A stretch of 64,000 bases of DNA from Trichinella spiralis. Lineage: Eukaryota. The stretch's first letter is position 1; each line of letters begins with the position of its first letter. The stretch lies in the NCBI RefSeq assembly GCF_000181795.1, contig NW_003526946.1:553351-617350 (forward strand), given 5' to 3'. The notes beneath the pieces are model-generated. The model made no database searches and was not told the origin of the DNA. It saw nothing but the letters and a program-made list of their open reading frames with translations. The position numbers and the translations under genes were made by a program. Below are positions 1 to 11,387 of the stretch, piece after piece.

Positions 1-1191
1 AGGGCATACAGTTCATGGCTTTATGTTTCCTTTTATGTTTTTACGAGACATGTAATTTTGAAATACAGTTCATTTTTTAAATGAGTTAAAACGTCTTTAA
101 TTTTATTCTGCTGCATGTTTATCTAACTGAATTTGTAATTTGAATAATAACAATACCGCTTCATTATCTGAGATTCATAATTTCAAGTTTTCTAAGTGTG
201 TTATTTTATTAAATCTAAGCATAAAAGGAAAGATTCTGCGTTGTGAAATAGAAAAAACTGAAATTTTATAGAGAATAAATTTATTCTTAATAATTTCATT
301 GTTACATATTGATCAGGTTTTAATATAATTTTAACGAAGCTATTAAGTTAAAGATTACGGAATTAATTCAATAATAATGCAATTGTATTAAAGTAAACTG
401 CTATCACTTTTTAAATTTGTATTTCAAATTAAACTGCTTTTTTATAAGAAAGCAATATTCAAAGTTTCAGATTAAGCTCAGCACAAAATAGTACATAAAT
501 TTAACATATCTTAAATCAAAAAAAAATTTTCTATAGAAAACACTTTTAAAATGCTATTATTTTCCCATTGTTAAAAAAATGTACAACTGCAGTCATTTTA
601 CAAAATTCACAATTGAAACAAGATTTCCAAACCAAAAAATCATATCATTAATTTATCATACTATGTAGTAACATTAGTTTATAAATTACTATATAAATTT
701 AAATAAACACTGCAAAAGAGTAATAAATTGAAATTGTAACCCTTTTGTAGCAGCGTTGTGAGTTCACAGCATCAACTTTTGAATGGCATTTACAAATAAA
801 TGCGCATCGCTTCAGGCTGAGTTTTTATTCCTTGAAGAGCATAAATTTTTTAATTGTTGGAATGAACATAACGCTTGGTCACCAGTGGAGATCGTGCAAC
901 AAAGATTTCAAATTATATGTAGCTTCACTTTGCCTGCATTCAAATTGCTTTTATAGCAGTTAGAAGCCGCGTTAAAGTTCGCACAATTTTAGGACATCTA
1001 GAAGTAGTGCTCCACTAGATTGCAAAATTTTTAGCAAATTCAGTCAAATGGACTTTTCAGCAGCTGCACAAAGAATAAAGCTATTTTACTATTCAGAATT
1101 TACATTTTCCAACATAAAAAATGACATAGAATCAAAATGATAAATAATTTCCATGTAATATATAAAATGCAACATAAAAAGCTACAACGAA

Positions 1192-2763
1192 TTATTCATT
1201 GCATTTTTTTAAATTAACCGCAGCTGCACTAAAAGCGTTATAAACGCCAGCATTCTCTAAACATACAGCTGCACCTGGAATCTTCTTTTCACCAACCTAA
1301 ATAAAAGAATTCCAAATGCAATATGAGAAAAATTATGAATATATTTCATTCCAACAACTTACTGTATAATCATTTGTTGTCAAACAAACAGTGTTTTTTT
1401 GTTCAACTAATGCCCACTTGGCGCTATCAGCTTCACGGCTTACTTGACTACCAGCCAACTGCATTGGAGAAGCAATTTTTCGTAGTTGATATTGTCCTTT
1501 ACAAATTGATTTCGATCTTGTATCTGAAGGTGCCCATATTCTGATGTTGGCAGCAAGTTTATTTTTCAAAACTTTTGCATACATATCTAATTATATATTT
1601 TACTTTTATTTCTTTTGATAATTCAGCACAAACAAAATTACCTGAATATGATTTTGTGTGTTTTCCGAAAGCTTGTATATTTGCAGCTGCTCCAGCTGCC
1701 GCCTTCGTTGCAAATTTTGCATGTTCCAAAAAAGGTGTTACTCGAATCTCAACTCCCGTCGCCAAATTAGAGAGCTCATTGTACTGAGTCAAAAGTGCAG
1801 GCGATAAATTATTAGCGTATATGAATGGTTCCTGGTATCGAATAGCTTTAGCTAGAAATTTTCTATTAATTAGCTGATGATACATTATATGAATTCAAAA
1901 CTCCTGATTATAAATGAGCACTAAGAGTTACAGTTGTGAACTTGGAAGTAATATTTTATAAATACATTACGTTGAAAAGAAAAGTCCTGCTTTCATACCG
2001 ACTAAATTTAAATGAGCTTCATTGAACGATAAACATAAAAACATGTGTCCCTTAGCTGTTTCTGCTGCTGGCCAAGAGTAACCGCCAAGGTGTGCTAAAA
2101 ACTTAGGCACAGTGTGCACAAACCAAGCTGCTGCGTCAGTTCCTGTACTGTCAACTAAAAGTACTCCTAAAAACAAAACATTCGTTTATTTTGTTTAGAT
2201 ATTGCTTTAATACACAACTTTAAAATAACCTTTAGCTTTGCTTTTTTCATTTCTAGGTGGTAAGTTTGGTGGATCATCACTATATGCAAGAACTTTGATG
2301 TTTCCGTTGTTAGCTATAAAGTGTACCAGCGTCCTAGCAATTGAATGTTCTCTGTCATCATTAACATTTCGTGCAGATTGAGCCCAAACCAGATTTGCTG
2401 TTGATTTTATAATGTTGCTGCTTACTACATTTGGAGGCTTATATACCAGAAACCTCAAAATACAGCCGTTTTGTAACAAAGAAGCATTACAACAACAAAT
2501 TATAATGTATTTACAATGTGCCTTCTGTAATTTTTTATTTTTCAATCATAAGAATGAATTAAAAATTTGTGAGTAATTAAACTGATGAAGCTTTGTAATT
2601 TAAGCGTTTGCTTTGTAGAAAAGTTTTAAATGTAAAACGTTTATAACAGCAATTTTTAATTAGCTTACCAATCTACATTATTGTCACCATCGTCCTTGCA
2701 AGTCGCAACTTGTGCATTGCAGCAGTTCAGTGAAATCAAGATTAGAATTATTGGTATGAACAT
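1192..2763 (-). CDS. DNase II-like (plancitoxin-like) secreted protein, copy A; 6 exons
   Basis: Exon 1 (2763-2669) encodes signal peptide MFIPIILILISLNCCNA-QVATCKDDGDNNVDW, followed by a GTAAGC donor. Later exons carry YKPP, AYSDDPP, KSKAKG, WFVHTVPKF, GHMFLCLS, DSAKW and PGAAVCLEN, all DNase II family blocks. Stop TAA at 1192. Confidence 0.9.
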
Positions 2764-2938
2764 TATTTCAATGCACTTTGAGTATTTTAATAATCTGCAT
2801 TCACTAATGTTGCTGATTTATATTTATAGGGCTACATCTTTATGTTAATACTTGACAGTGTCCACATCTATTAATTATTATTAGTATTAAGAATTAATTT
2901 TGCATTAATTTAGTGCGGAAGAAATTCTCTGACACAGT

Positions 2939-2954
2939 AAATGTTTATTTAAAT
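2939..2954 (-). promoter_or_regulatory. Conserved 16-bp DNase II promoter element AAATGTTTATTTAAAT (+ strand); also at 5705-5720 and 6660-6675
   Basis: Identical 16-mer 166-176 nt upstream of each of three signal-peptide exons. Contains the forkhead-type core TGTTTAT. Confidence 0.65.
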
Positions 2955-3920
2955 AAGGGTAATAAACTAAGTAGTTAATTGACAGCTTACTTATTTAATG
3001 GTGTAAATACTTCTATTATGTGCAATTAATGTGTATATCTTCCTTATCTAATATACTTGTAATCACGTATATTTGAATTTCAATTAAAGATGCTCATTAA
3101 AAATTCAAGGACTAAGTAATTGAAAATGAAGTATATGGAGATCTATTATTTATGTTTAACAAAACTAATGAACATGCCTGCTAAATTCTATTCCTTTATA
3201 ATTAATCGGCATTCCGTTTTATTTCGAACTTCACTTTTTCAACAAACCTATTTCCACAACAAACCTGTCATTTCTTTAAGTTTATTTAAACTTTTTATTT
3301 TAATTTGCATTTAATTTTGTTTCATGTTTTCAGATATTTCAGGACCACAATCTTTGCTTGCTTGCGCAACATTTGAATTAACCTCTTAAAAAATTAAGCT
3401 GAATTGAACAGTTAAAACAGACGTCCATGTTTGATGGTTATATTGATACACATCTTGCACTTCCACACATGTTCTGGGCCAGTTGCCAGAACGTTACTTC
3501 TTACATAAAAAGCTTGTTGTTTTGATTTTAGAATTGCATCTTCATTTGTGTTTCATATTTATTGAGAAGTTTATATCTTTTAATATAAAATTCAGCAAAA
3601 CACGAATTTATCATATTAATTTTGTAATTTGATTTTATAATGTAAAATCAAATTTGAATTACATAACCTCAAATTTTATAATTTAAGTAACGGCAAAGAA
3701 TGCGACGCATGATATTCATTTCATATCACTTAAAATAAGATGCTACAATAAACAAAATACTGTTACATCATGCCATCATTTATTTTTTCATAGATACATA
3801 ACAGATTTTAAATGATTTGTTGATGTGCAATCAACTTATATGACTTAAATAAAAAACTGATATCATGAATGATAATTTAATATTATAGGAAAGATGACGC
3901 TGATATACAAGAAACAAAAA

Positions 3921-5539
3921 TTATTTATTGCATGCTTCAACATTAAGTGCTGCTGTACGGAAAGCGTTATAAACACCAGCATTTTCTAAACAAACAGCCG
4001 CTCCGGGAGTCCGTTTTTCAGTAGCCTAAAATAATGGAAAGATATAAATTGTAGAAATATTTCAAAAATATATTATAAAATGATTTTATATCAAAAATTT
4101 ACTGTATAATCATTTGTTGTGAAACAAACAGTGTTCTTTCCGTCAATTAGTGCCCACTTTGCGCTATCAGCTTCACGGCTCACTTGAACACCATCAAGTT
4201 GTATTGAAGTAATTTTTTGAAGTTTATGTTGTCCACGACAAATTGATTTTGATCTTGCATCAGCAGGTGACCATACCATGATGCTTGCGGCAAATCTATT
4301 TCTCAAAATCCGTGCATACATATCTAAATAATTGAATTTCATATAGAGATATTTGATGCTTAAATAGAAAAGTAAAAACCTGCAAATGATTTTGAATGTT
4401 TCCCAAAAGCTTGAATATTTGCCACAGCTTGTACAGATTTTGTTGCAAATGTTTCATGTGCCAGAAAAGATGTTACTCGAACGTCAATACCGTTTATCAA
4501 ATTTGACAGTTCTATATTTTGATTCAAAATTGCAGCAGGCAAATTATTTACATATACGTATGGTTCTTGGTATCGAATTGCTTTACCTTAAAATTGAAAA
4601 TTTCTGATTAATTAAATGCAAATGCATAAATGTAATTCGAGCATTTGATGGACATTAAACATTACAGTTACAAAGCTGTAATATAATATTTTATGGAAAT
4701 TAAAAAACTTATTTTCGTACCAACAGAATTCAAATGAGCTTTGTTAAACGATACACACAAAAACATATGCCCTTTAGGCGTTTCCGCTGCTGGCCAAGAA
4801 TAAGCACTAAGATATGCTAGAAAATTAGGAACTGTGTGCACAAACCACGCAGCTTCATCCGCTCCACTGCGCACCAAAAGAACTCCTGAAAGCAGTACAT
4901 AAATTTAATTTATTGTTTTACTTATTTATCAAATCTAAAATTGCAGTGACCTTTCGATTTGCTTTTTTCATTTCTAGGAGGCAAGTTTGGTGGATTGTCA
5001 CTATATGCCAGAACATTAATTTCTCTCTGGAACTGTACAAAACTTGCCATTGTTCTAATTATTGAATGGCCTGCGTCTCGATCAATGTTCGCCCCAGAAG
5101 CAGCCCAAGCTGGATTCATTGCTGATTTCAAAAGTTTGGAACTTAACACATTTGGAGGCTTATATACAAAGTACCTAAAGTACAACTACTGTATAGCAGA
5201 TGGGCATTGCGATGACGAAAAATTTTAATTCAAGATTCTATGAATGCGGATAACTTTTTTTCTATATTTTTATATTTTTCAGCTAGTACTAATCACTTCA
5301 ATTCTTAAATAGATGAAATCTTAAATTCTTAGTCTATCTGTTTTGTTTTCAGTGCATAGAATTTTTTAGCTGATGATTCATTTTGCATAAACTGCTTTGA
5401 TAGAAATATGAATTTATCAGACATTACTTCAATAGGCTTACCAATCTACATTGGCGTTATTATCGTCTTTACATGTTGCGACCTGTGCAATACAGATTTT
5501 CATTGAAATGAAGATAACAATTATTGATGTGAACATCAT
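3921..5539 (-). CDS. DNase II-like secreted protein, copy B; 6 exons
   Basis: Same exon layout as copy A. Signal peptide MMFTSIIVIFISMKICIA-QVATCKDD; motifs KSKSKG, WFVHTVPNF, DSAKW; ends NVEACNK*. Confidence 0.9.
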
Positions 5540-6396
5540 TTTAACAAAATTTGAATATTATCGTAATTTCCTTTTTTGCTGTGCTTGCTTTCATTTGTGT
5601 TATTCATATATATATATATATATAAGAACATGTCATTGTATTTGTACACAGCTATTTATTTATTTAATATAAATTACATTTCTGCATCTATTATCTAAAG
5701 CATCAAATGTTTATTTAAATTAGGCTTAATGAGTTGAGCGATTAGTTTTGTGCTACTTATTTTCTTATTTAGTTATATTGGTGATTCCATGATGTGCTGC
5801 TGCATAACTTGTGCTGATACTGGCAAAACATTGTTTATATGTTTATTTTAATTAAAAGTATCCTATTACAAATTCTATAATAAAATCACTGACGTTGAAA
5901 TATGTGATTGATACTTTCTATAATTTTTCTTATTTTGGAATTTTTGGATTTACGTAAAATCAATATCATTGTTTTTTATCAACACCAACCACAGTGCTTT
6001 GCATATATTTTTTGAAATGCTGTAAAACATATAATTGCTTATCAGGTGTGATTAGAAAGTAACAGTTGTAATGAAATAACAGTTATGTCATTATTAACAA
6101 ATACTTTTAGTTTTGCGTTTCAATAATTCAATAATTTTTTGATGTTCATGCTTATTTTAACTGCTCGGTTTAAAATACAAATTTTCTGTAACAGAGAAGC
6201 ATAATGCTGATTAGAATGCCATTGTTTTGAAATTTATGAATTTGAATAATGATGTTTTTCTAATTTCTTATAACTGACTTTTTAAATATATAATTTGATC
6301 TCTAATAATTTCATATTCATAAATTATGCGTTTATTTTATAGAAAGCGCTTTGATAGCTATTTAAAACCAAACAAGCAATTGTTTTATGAGCTTAC

Positions 6397-6494
6397 CAAT
6401 CTACATCTCTGTCTCCATCGTCTTTGCATGTTGCGACCTGTGCCATACAAGTTTTCAATGAAATCAAGATAAGAATTGCAGTTGTGAACAACAT
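6397..6494 (-). other. Isolated DNase II exon 1 (signal peptide exon) with its own promoter; alternative first exon for copy B or relic of a deleted gene
   Basis: Encodes MLFTTAILILISLKTCMAQVATCKDDGDRDVDW, with an open frame and an intact phase-2 GTAAGC donor. No DNase II exon 2 is seen between it and copy B exon 1. Confidence 0.8.
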
Positions 6495-7577
6495 TTGAAT
6501 AACTTTCGATATTTCACTAACAATTCCCTCTTACATATTTTTGTTAATTTCAGTTGTCTTTTATATGTAAGAACATATCTTATATTTGTGCTTGATAATG
6601 TTTATATCTATCTGTTTATTTTATATTAGTTACACTGCTTTAACAATTAAGCAAACAGGAAATGTTTATTTAAATTAAGCCAAGAAATTGAACTGCTAAT
6701 TTAATGGATACTTACATAATGGAATTAGCACTTGTTGTAGTTATAATTGATCTATCTAAATACCGTTGTGCCAGTATCGGCGTAAGCAGTTGTATACAAA
6801 TTTCAATTAAAATGTACTGATTTGAAATTACAGGACAATATAAGTTGTAAAAGTTATGTTGTAGTTGGAGATGTAGTATATGAAGAATGTTTTTTCATAG
6901 CTTTACTAGCTTCAGAAGAAATTTTATGCTTCAAATCAACGCTCTGCCTTTTTAATATAAATAACAACCATGTCTATTAAATTTAACTTTATTTTACTAG
7001 AGGTCCATTTCATATTAAATTTGTTAACTGATTTTTAAACAAATGTAAATTAAGCATTTATCATATATTAAGTACTTTATGATTATTACACAAAACGTTG
7101 ATATTCATTCGAATTAAATATGGAACAAATTACACTGCACTGCACAATAAATACCGCAATTTTGATTTTACGGTAAAAATTATATTTTACAGTCTTAAAT
7201 AAAAACCATTTTTAGAATGCAGAATTATTTACTTCACTGATGTTGAATGCTTTTTGACATACATTTAATTTTTATTTCAAAATTAACTTGAACATTAATT
7301 TAACCTATAATGAACTTCTTTTTAAACAATTACATTAAAAATGAGTATAAATATGAATGACCTAAGAATTTATTTTAATTACAGTTACGCACGCACCATA
7401 CAATTCACCATAGCTCATAAAAATGAGTTAGAAAATATGTAAGGAGAGTATGAATAAAATGTGGAACAGAAGTTGAATACTATATTGAAAGTTCATCAAA
7501 GTCAAAAGGACAGAATGCAAATCCCTGAATCATCTAATTCAATTAAGTCATAAGAACGTTAATTGAGTTTTAAAGAA

Positions 7578-9193
7578 TTATTTATTGCAAGGTTCAACAT
7601 TAAAAGCAGCTGCAGTAAAAGCAGTATAAACACCAGCATTCTCCAGGCAAACACCTGCACCTGGTATCCGTTTTTCATTCATCTGGAAAAAAGCAAATTA
7701 TGGAGTACACATATAAAGCAAAATTATAAATTTCCTTAACTTCATCAACTTACTTTATAATCATTAGTCGTAAAGCAAACAATGTTCTTTCCCTCTACTA
7801 ATGCCCACTTGGCGCTATCAGCTTCACGGCTTACTAGACTACCAGCCAACTGCATTGGAGAAGCAATTTTTCGTAGTTGATACTGTCCTTTACAAATTGA
7901 TTTCGATCTTGTATCTGAAGGTGCCCATATTCTGATGTTGGCAGCAAGTTTATTTTTCAAAACTCTTGCATACATATCTAATTATATATTTTACTTTTAT
8001 TTCTTCTGATAATTCAGCACAAACAAAATTACCTGAATATGATTTTGTGTGTTTTCCGAAAGCTTGTATATTTGCAGCTGCTCCAGCTGCCGCCTTTGTT
8101 GCAAATTTTGCGTGTTCCAAAAAAGGTGTTACTCGAATCTGAGCTCCCGTTATTAAATTAGATAGTTCTACATGTTGATTCAGAAGTTCAGGTGATAAAT
8201 TATTCGCGTATATGAATGGTTCCTGGTATTGAATTGCTTTAGCTAAAAATTTTCTATTAATTAGCTGATGATGCACTTTATGAATTCAAAACTGCTGATT
8301 ACAAATGAGCATTAAGAGCTCAAAATTGTGAACTTGGAACTAATATTTTATAAATATACTACATTGAAAAGTCCTGTTTTCATACCAACTGAATTTAAGT
8401 GAGCTTCATTGAGCGACAAACACAAAAACATGTGTCCCTTTGGTGTTTCTGCTGCTGGCCAAGAATAAGGACCAAGATGTGCCAAAAACTTAGGCACAGT
8501 GTGCACAAACCACGCTGCTGCGTCATTTCTTGTATGGTCAATTAAAAGTACTCCTAAAAACAAAATATGCGTTTATTTTGCTTGGGTATTGTTTTCATAA
8601 ACTCTGCAGAATTTATTAAAATTCAGAATAACCTTTAGCCTTGCTTTTTTCATTCATTGGGGGCAAGTTTGGTGGATCATCATTGTATGCAAGAACTTTG
8701 ATGTTTCCATTGTTAACTATAAAACTAGCCATTGTTGCTGTTATTGAATGGCCTGCTCCTTGATTAATCGTGGCTCCAGAATTACCCCAAGTTGGATTTC
8801 TTTCTGATTTTATAATTTTTGTGTTTAGCAGAATCGGTGGTTTGTATACAAGAAACCTTGAAATATAAGCATTATGTAAGAAAGAAAAACTGTGCAAGTT
8901 GTAAAAATATTATTTGAAAACTTTAATAATTTAAATATTGATATTTTTCAAATTTCTCACAGCTGAACTTCTTTATTATACAATTAAATTGCTAATTTAT
9001 TTCATTTTAATCATTTAACCATTTGTTCTGCATGTAATGTTCTAATAATAATAAGATATTCAGCAGTCCAAAAAGTTTTGTGAACTTACCCAGTCTAAAT
9101 CTCTAATTTCCATCGTCTTTGCATATGGGCAAACACTGTGACACAGAAATTTTCATTGAAATTCATGATGACATTACTGTTGTGAACCAACAT
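7578..9193 (-). CDS. DNase II-like secreted protein, copy C; exon 1 has apparent indels next to the assembly gap
   Basis: Exons 2-6 are intact (KSKAKG, HTVPKF, DSAKW; ends NVEPCNK*). Exon 1 (~9090-9193) is recognisable but has extra bases within ~120 nt of the N-run, probably low-quality sequence. Confidence 0.85.
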
Positions 9194-9209
9194 TTTCCAC
9201 TACCTTGGA

Positions 9210-9219
9210 NNNNNNNNNN
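9210..9219. other. Assembly gap (10 N)
   Basis: Run of N, with homopolymer-type discrepancies in the sequence on both sides. Confidence 1.
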
Positions 9220-10229
9220 AATTTCTGACAAAAAATATGAATTATCTTGGCTCCAAGAAAAATGGTCTATCCTTGCTTAAGGGTCAGTTTTGCAAGTGAC
9301 AGTTGAAATATCCAAATTACATTTTCAGAATGAAATTTCAGAAAAAGTATTATTTTCATTTAATTCATCTCATTTGTATCATCGTAGCATTATAATTGCT
9401 GGTAAAAGTAATAAATCAAATGCTTAACAATAACTTGGTAAGCTTATTAAAGTAATGACCAAATGTTCAACGTTACAGATGGAAAAGGAATCCGTTGCAT
9501 ATCGAAATTATTTTACTAAATAAAATTGAAAGCAAAAGCAATTACTTTTCATCTCAAGTTCACTCCATCATGGTTGTGAGCGTTATCTTTCTCTAGCACT
9601 GTATATTTTCTGCCAAATTATAATCATTGCTAATTAACCTTGTCGGCAAGCATAAAGGATAAATTTGTTTTTCATTTGCCGCCCATGCTTTTGCTGCCAT
9701 TGTTCTGCGTGCGCTGCAATTGCACACTAGCAGGGGTTCACTGCCTGGGTCAGATTACAACTTAATTTGATTAAGCATCGGTAGAATCGTAAAAATTCCT
9801 GACCGCCCGGATAATGCTGATGACGGCAGATAAGCATGCATATTTATTGTCTCTTTGTTCACATCCACAATCATTCTTTCCTTTGCTGTTGACTTGTTTG
9901 GTTCGAAGAAAGTTTTCTGTTCGCATTGTGTTCGCTATTTTTCGTCATGGATGATGTCAGTGAGTTACGTCTTGACAAACTGTTGCGGTAGTTTGTCCCT
10001 TGTGTATGAAGGCAGGGCGTATCAATTGAAATATACCGGTAAACGGACGAACGGTTGGGAGTGTTCAGAAGTATGTGCTGAATGTATTCAATATGTTCCT
10101 TGTCATTAACAGTTTGTTTGTTTCCCCATAAGACAAGAAGGGGTAAAAAGGCACAGTATCCACGAACCTGGATGTGACATCTGTGCTCAGGCAAATCCCT
10201 CACATGGAAGCGTGCCCGATGGATCCGCA
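9220..10229 (+). repeat. Left arm of ~1 kb inverted repeat (partner 13450-14454); contains a degenerate FLYWCH-MULE 5' fragment
   Basis: Near-identical reverse complement of 13450-14454; the ORF track shows mirror ORFs 9855+/13570- and 9871-/13449+. A few substitutions occur (e.g. AGCGTGCCC vs AGCATGCCC). Confidence 0.95.
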
Positions 10230-11387
10230 CTTTCGTCAGTGTTATTGTTTTCCCTCGTATATTTTATTTAAATCAAAAATCTGCAATATTATTTAAAAAT
10301 CAAAAAACAAATTTAGTTTTATATATTTGGTGTAAATTGTAAACTTTCTATTTCAACATCTGAACAAAACCGAGTAGTGCGTTGGTGAACACTTAAATCG
10401 CCATTTGTTTTCATTTACATTTGCAAGCTTTCAATGTATGATATTTCAATGATAATGAAATATTTAAACATTTCTCATCAAAAGCTGCGCCTATGATGTA
10501 GCTGATGTGTTTGATGTTGCATTTCAAATTGCATTTGAAGTTGGTTATAAGTGAGCATGGAATTTCGAAAGAATTTCCATCCACTTATTCATCATTTTAT
10601 CGTTTAATTAACTAAAGGGATTTTTTTTGGCCAAAATCTTAGGCACTTAACCTAGTTCGACTGTATTTTATATGAAATGTATGAACGTCAAGCAGGATTT
10701 TTCATACAAACAGCAAACCTCATCGACATGTATAAAAAAATATATATGGATGTTTGTTTCGTAATGAAGGAAACTTTGTAAATATTAAAGTAAAATTCTT
10801 GGATTGTAAACAAGAAAGATTAAAATAGAACATTCCCATTAAAATCAAGAAATTAATCAGATGCTAACAATTTACGAGTTGTCACTCCTTGGTTAAGCTT
10901 GAAAGCTGCAACTGTGAACAATTTGTCAATTTTTGCATTTGTATTAAAATCGCTATTACCAACATGTGTGATGTGACGAGAAACGCGAAGAATGTTTGAC
11001 AAAGGCATATGCGTGAATTCATGCGTAAAATTAAGTGAAATTGCGAGCTAACGCGTAACGTTAGCATTAGTGCCATTTGTAACCCGGAAGTTAAAAGTGT
11101 TGCTACAACATTCCAGATTTTTCAAACAGATTATTCAATATTCTGACATTACACCCGGAAGTTAGCATCAAATTTTGATAAATTTCAACAGGCAACAGAT
11201 TTATTTACAGTCAGAGCAGATATCAGGAGGGAAATCGATAATAGACCAATGAGAAATGAAAACTAAATGTTGGAAAATGGTTATATAAAACGAAATTCAA
11301 AACCGTCCACTTTATTTTCGTTTGCTGTTGGGTTTGCGATCAGTGCTTTTCGTTCGAGTTTTTCAAATCATTTTCTTTCTGTTCCCT

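Noticed and set aside
9090..9193. DNase II copy C as a frameshifted pseudogene
   Set aside because: The indels cluster next to the N gap, where the other flank also shows homopolymer errors; exons 2-6 are intact.
11220..11265. Direct terminal repeat shared with the 3' end of the second MULE copy (~62875-62915)
   Set aside because: The similarity is short and gapped (AGGGAAA...CAATGAG) and cannot be distinguished from chance by eye.
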